In this document: piece by piece, positions 32,712 to 34,046 of the stretch | Layout: each line of letters starts with the position of its first letter | Numbering within the stretch: the first letter of the stretch is position 1 | Origin: a virus | Lineage: Duplodnaviria > Caudoviricetes | IMG/VR virus record: IMGVR_UViG_3300010398_000330 | Span: 1-34,046 of that record | DNA: 34,046 bases | Direction: 5' to 3' (one strand) | The notes under the pieces: model-generated | Databases searched by the model: none | What the model saw: only the letters and a program-made list of their open reading frames with translations | Told to the model about the DNA's origin: nothing | Position numbers and translations under genes: made by a program

Positions 32712-34046
32712 TTAGGCGGCTTGCGCCGGGGCCGGCGGCGGCGCATTCTGCGGGGCCGGAGCGGCGCCAGGCGGTGGCCCGGCAACCGGGCCGGCCGGCG
32801 CGCCGATGCCGGCTTGATACGGCACGGCCGCCATCCCGACCTGCTGCGGGGCCTGCGCAGACGGGAGAAGTTGCTGCGCGCGTACCATCCACATCTGCAA
32901 GAGGTCGAGGATGTCGGGCGGCGCGCCGGAGCGACGGGCCATCAAATACGCCGACTGCACTCGAGCGATACCCATGTGCAAATCCATGAACGGTTCCGGC
33001 GGCCGCCAGATCCCGTCATAGAGATCCTCGATCTCGGCCTCGATATCCTCGAGCGCAGCGGTGGCCACGTCGAGGGCCCGCTCGACGTCCGGGATCCCCC
33101 ACAGTCGAAGAATCTCCTCCGGCTGCAAGGCGCCGGTATTGGCGAGCTCGATGGCGAGCTGGCGCATACCGGCCGGGGTTCGCGACAGAGCCGACGCCGG
33201 CTCGATGCGAAGTACGTACATATCTTCGTCGAGATCGACTTCGCTCCACTTGATTTTTTTGGCGAGGTTCCGGGAATTCCAAAAAGCCGTTACGTCTTGA
33301 TTGCGCCCGTAAAGCTCCTTAGCCAGGGCGATGATCATGCGCGCGGCGCAGATCTTTAGCCGCTCGATCTCGGCTTTCTGGGTCGTCAGGCGGCTCGCCT
33401 GGATATCGGTCCACTCACGAAGCGCCGCGCCGCTATCGAGCCCGACGGGTTTCATGCTGCGCGCGGCCATATCCGGGATGCCGGAATAGCGTTGCGCATC
33501 TGCTTTGAGTTGCTCCTTGTATTGATAGATCTCGGGCTTGACGGCTTGCCACGTCGGCAGGATCGGCGGCTTCGACGAATAGGGGATCGCCTTACTCGGA
33601 TCGTCGTCGAGCTTATTGGTCAGGAGCAAATCGGACTTGTGCACGAAGAGCCGTTGATTGGCGAACAAAGCGTGTGATAGATGAATGTTGTCGTTCGTGC
33701 GATTGACGGCCAACTGATAGCTGACGAGCTCTTCGGCGAGCCCGCAACCGTAGAAGCCGGTCAAGCGCTGCACCCAGCGGAAGGTGACGAACGGGAAAAA
33801 GTCGCGCGTATATTTCTCGTCGGTCAGCGTCGCGGTATCGATGGCGACCACGCGCCGCTGCGACTTCAGATGCCACGCTTCGATCACAATGATCTGGTTC
33901 GGCTCGAGCTTTTGCAGCACTGTCCACGACGGGTCTTTCAGATGCGCGCGGTCGATATCGTCGGCGAAGTCGGGATATTTCGCTTTCAGCACGTCTTTGT
34001 CGACGAAACGCCGCTGCGCGATCTGGATCGGCTCGCACGATCGGCA
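32712..34046 (-). CDS. Portal protein (5-prime end outside the window)
   Basis: Frame is open to the window edge; FPFVTFRW..GFYGCGLAEEL..YQ, SGAALRE motifs; Pro/Ala tail. Confidence 0.85.
   Translation of the reverse strand, partial: CRSCEPIQIAQRRFVDKDVLKAKYPDFADDIDRAHLKDPSWTVLQKLEPNQIIVIEAWHLKSQRRVVAIDTATLTDEKYTRDFFPFVTFRWVQRLTGFYGCGLAEELVSYQLAVNRTNDNIHLSHALFANQRLFVHKSDLLLTNKLDDDPSKAIPYSSKPPILPTWQAVKPEIYQYKEQLKADAQRYSGIPDMAARSMKPVGLDSGAALREWTDIQASRLTTQKAEIERLKICAARMIIALAKELYGRNQDVTAFWNSRNLAKKIKWSEVDLDEDMYVLRIEPASALSRTPAGMRQLAIELANTGALQPEEILRLWGIPDVERALDVATAALEDIEAEIEDLYDGIWRPPEPFMDLHMGIARVQSAYLMARRSGAPPDILDLLQMWMVRAQQLLPSAQAPQQVGMAAVPYQAGIGAPAGPVAGPPPGAAPAPQNAPPPAPAQAA

Larger units (their letters stand above)
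1..34046. mobile_element. Temperate short-tailed dsDNA phage genome segment (no host genes or attL/attR seen)
   Basis: Continuous phage modules: primase-helicase, RusA, cro/cI switch, recombination genes, serine integrase, portal-scaffold-capsid-adaptor-nozzle-ejection genes; tight ATGA/TAATG gene coupling; no tape-measure or long-tail operon. Confidence 0.95.

Noticed and set aside
1-34046. Genome-wide TGA reassignment as the explanation for the in-frame TGA
   Set aside because: Many genes end in TGA with ATGA/GTGA overlaps into the next start, so TGA is a normal stop here
1-34046. tRNA genes (including tRNA-Sec), terminase and lysis genes
   Set aside because: None recognised by eye; terminase and lysis genes probably lie outside the window, and a tRNA scan would be needed to be certain

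Overview
The whole window is about 34 kb of a GC-rich temperate, short-tailed (podovirus-like) phage genome. The host is probably a Myxococcota/delta-proteobacterium; this is inferred from GC content, a Cys-rich lipoprotein and the virion gene style. Left arm (minus strand, 287-6131): replication/middle genes, namely a Cro-like HTH, Zn-finger, beta-class DNA methyltransferase, T7-gp4-like primase-helicase followed by an iteron-rich ori candidate, RusA, a sigma-region-4 HTH protein and a J-domain protein. Centre (plus strand, 6244-17958): CI-like repressor, a putative annealing protein plus a Cas4/RecB-like exonuclease, a large serine integrase and many small accessory genes. Right arm (minus strand, 17983-34046): portal (cut by the window edge), scaffold, major capsid flanked by three paralogous small proteins, adaptor, tail/nozzle and ejection proteins. 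Top finding: a 90-codon gene missed by the ORF track (16785-17057) has one in-frame TGA in a W-[TGA]-Y context. A hairpin matching the bacterial SECIS consensus follows it, so it is a candidate phage-encoded selenoprotein. Other notable signals are a TCAA-N6-TTGA operator shared by the cro, early and integrase upstream regions, a 1-nt frameshift in cro, RBS-occluding hairpins on the integrase and capsid genes, a catalytically degenerate HNH protein and a double-HTH/Zn-finger fusion. All product calls come from motif reading only; no searches were run.
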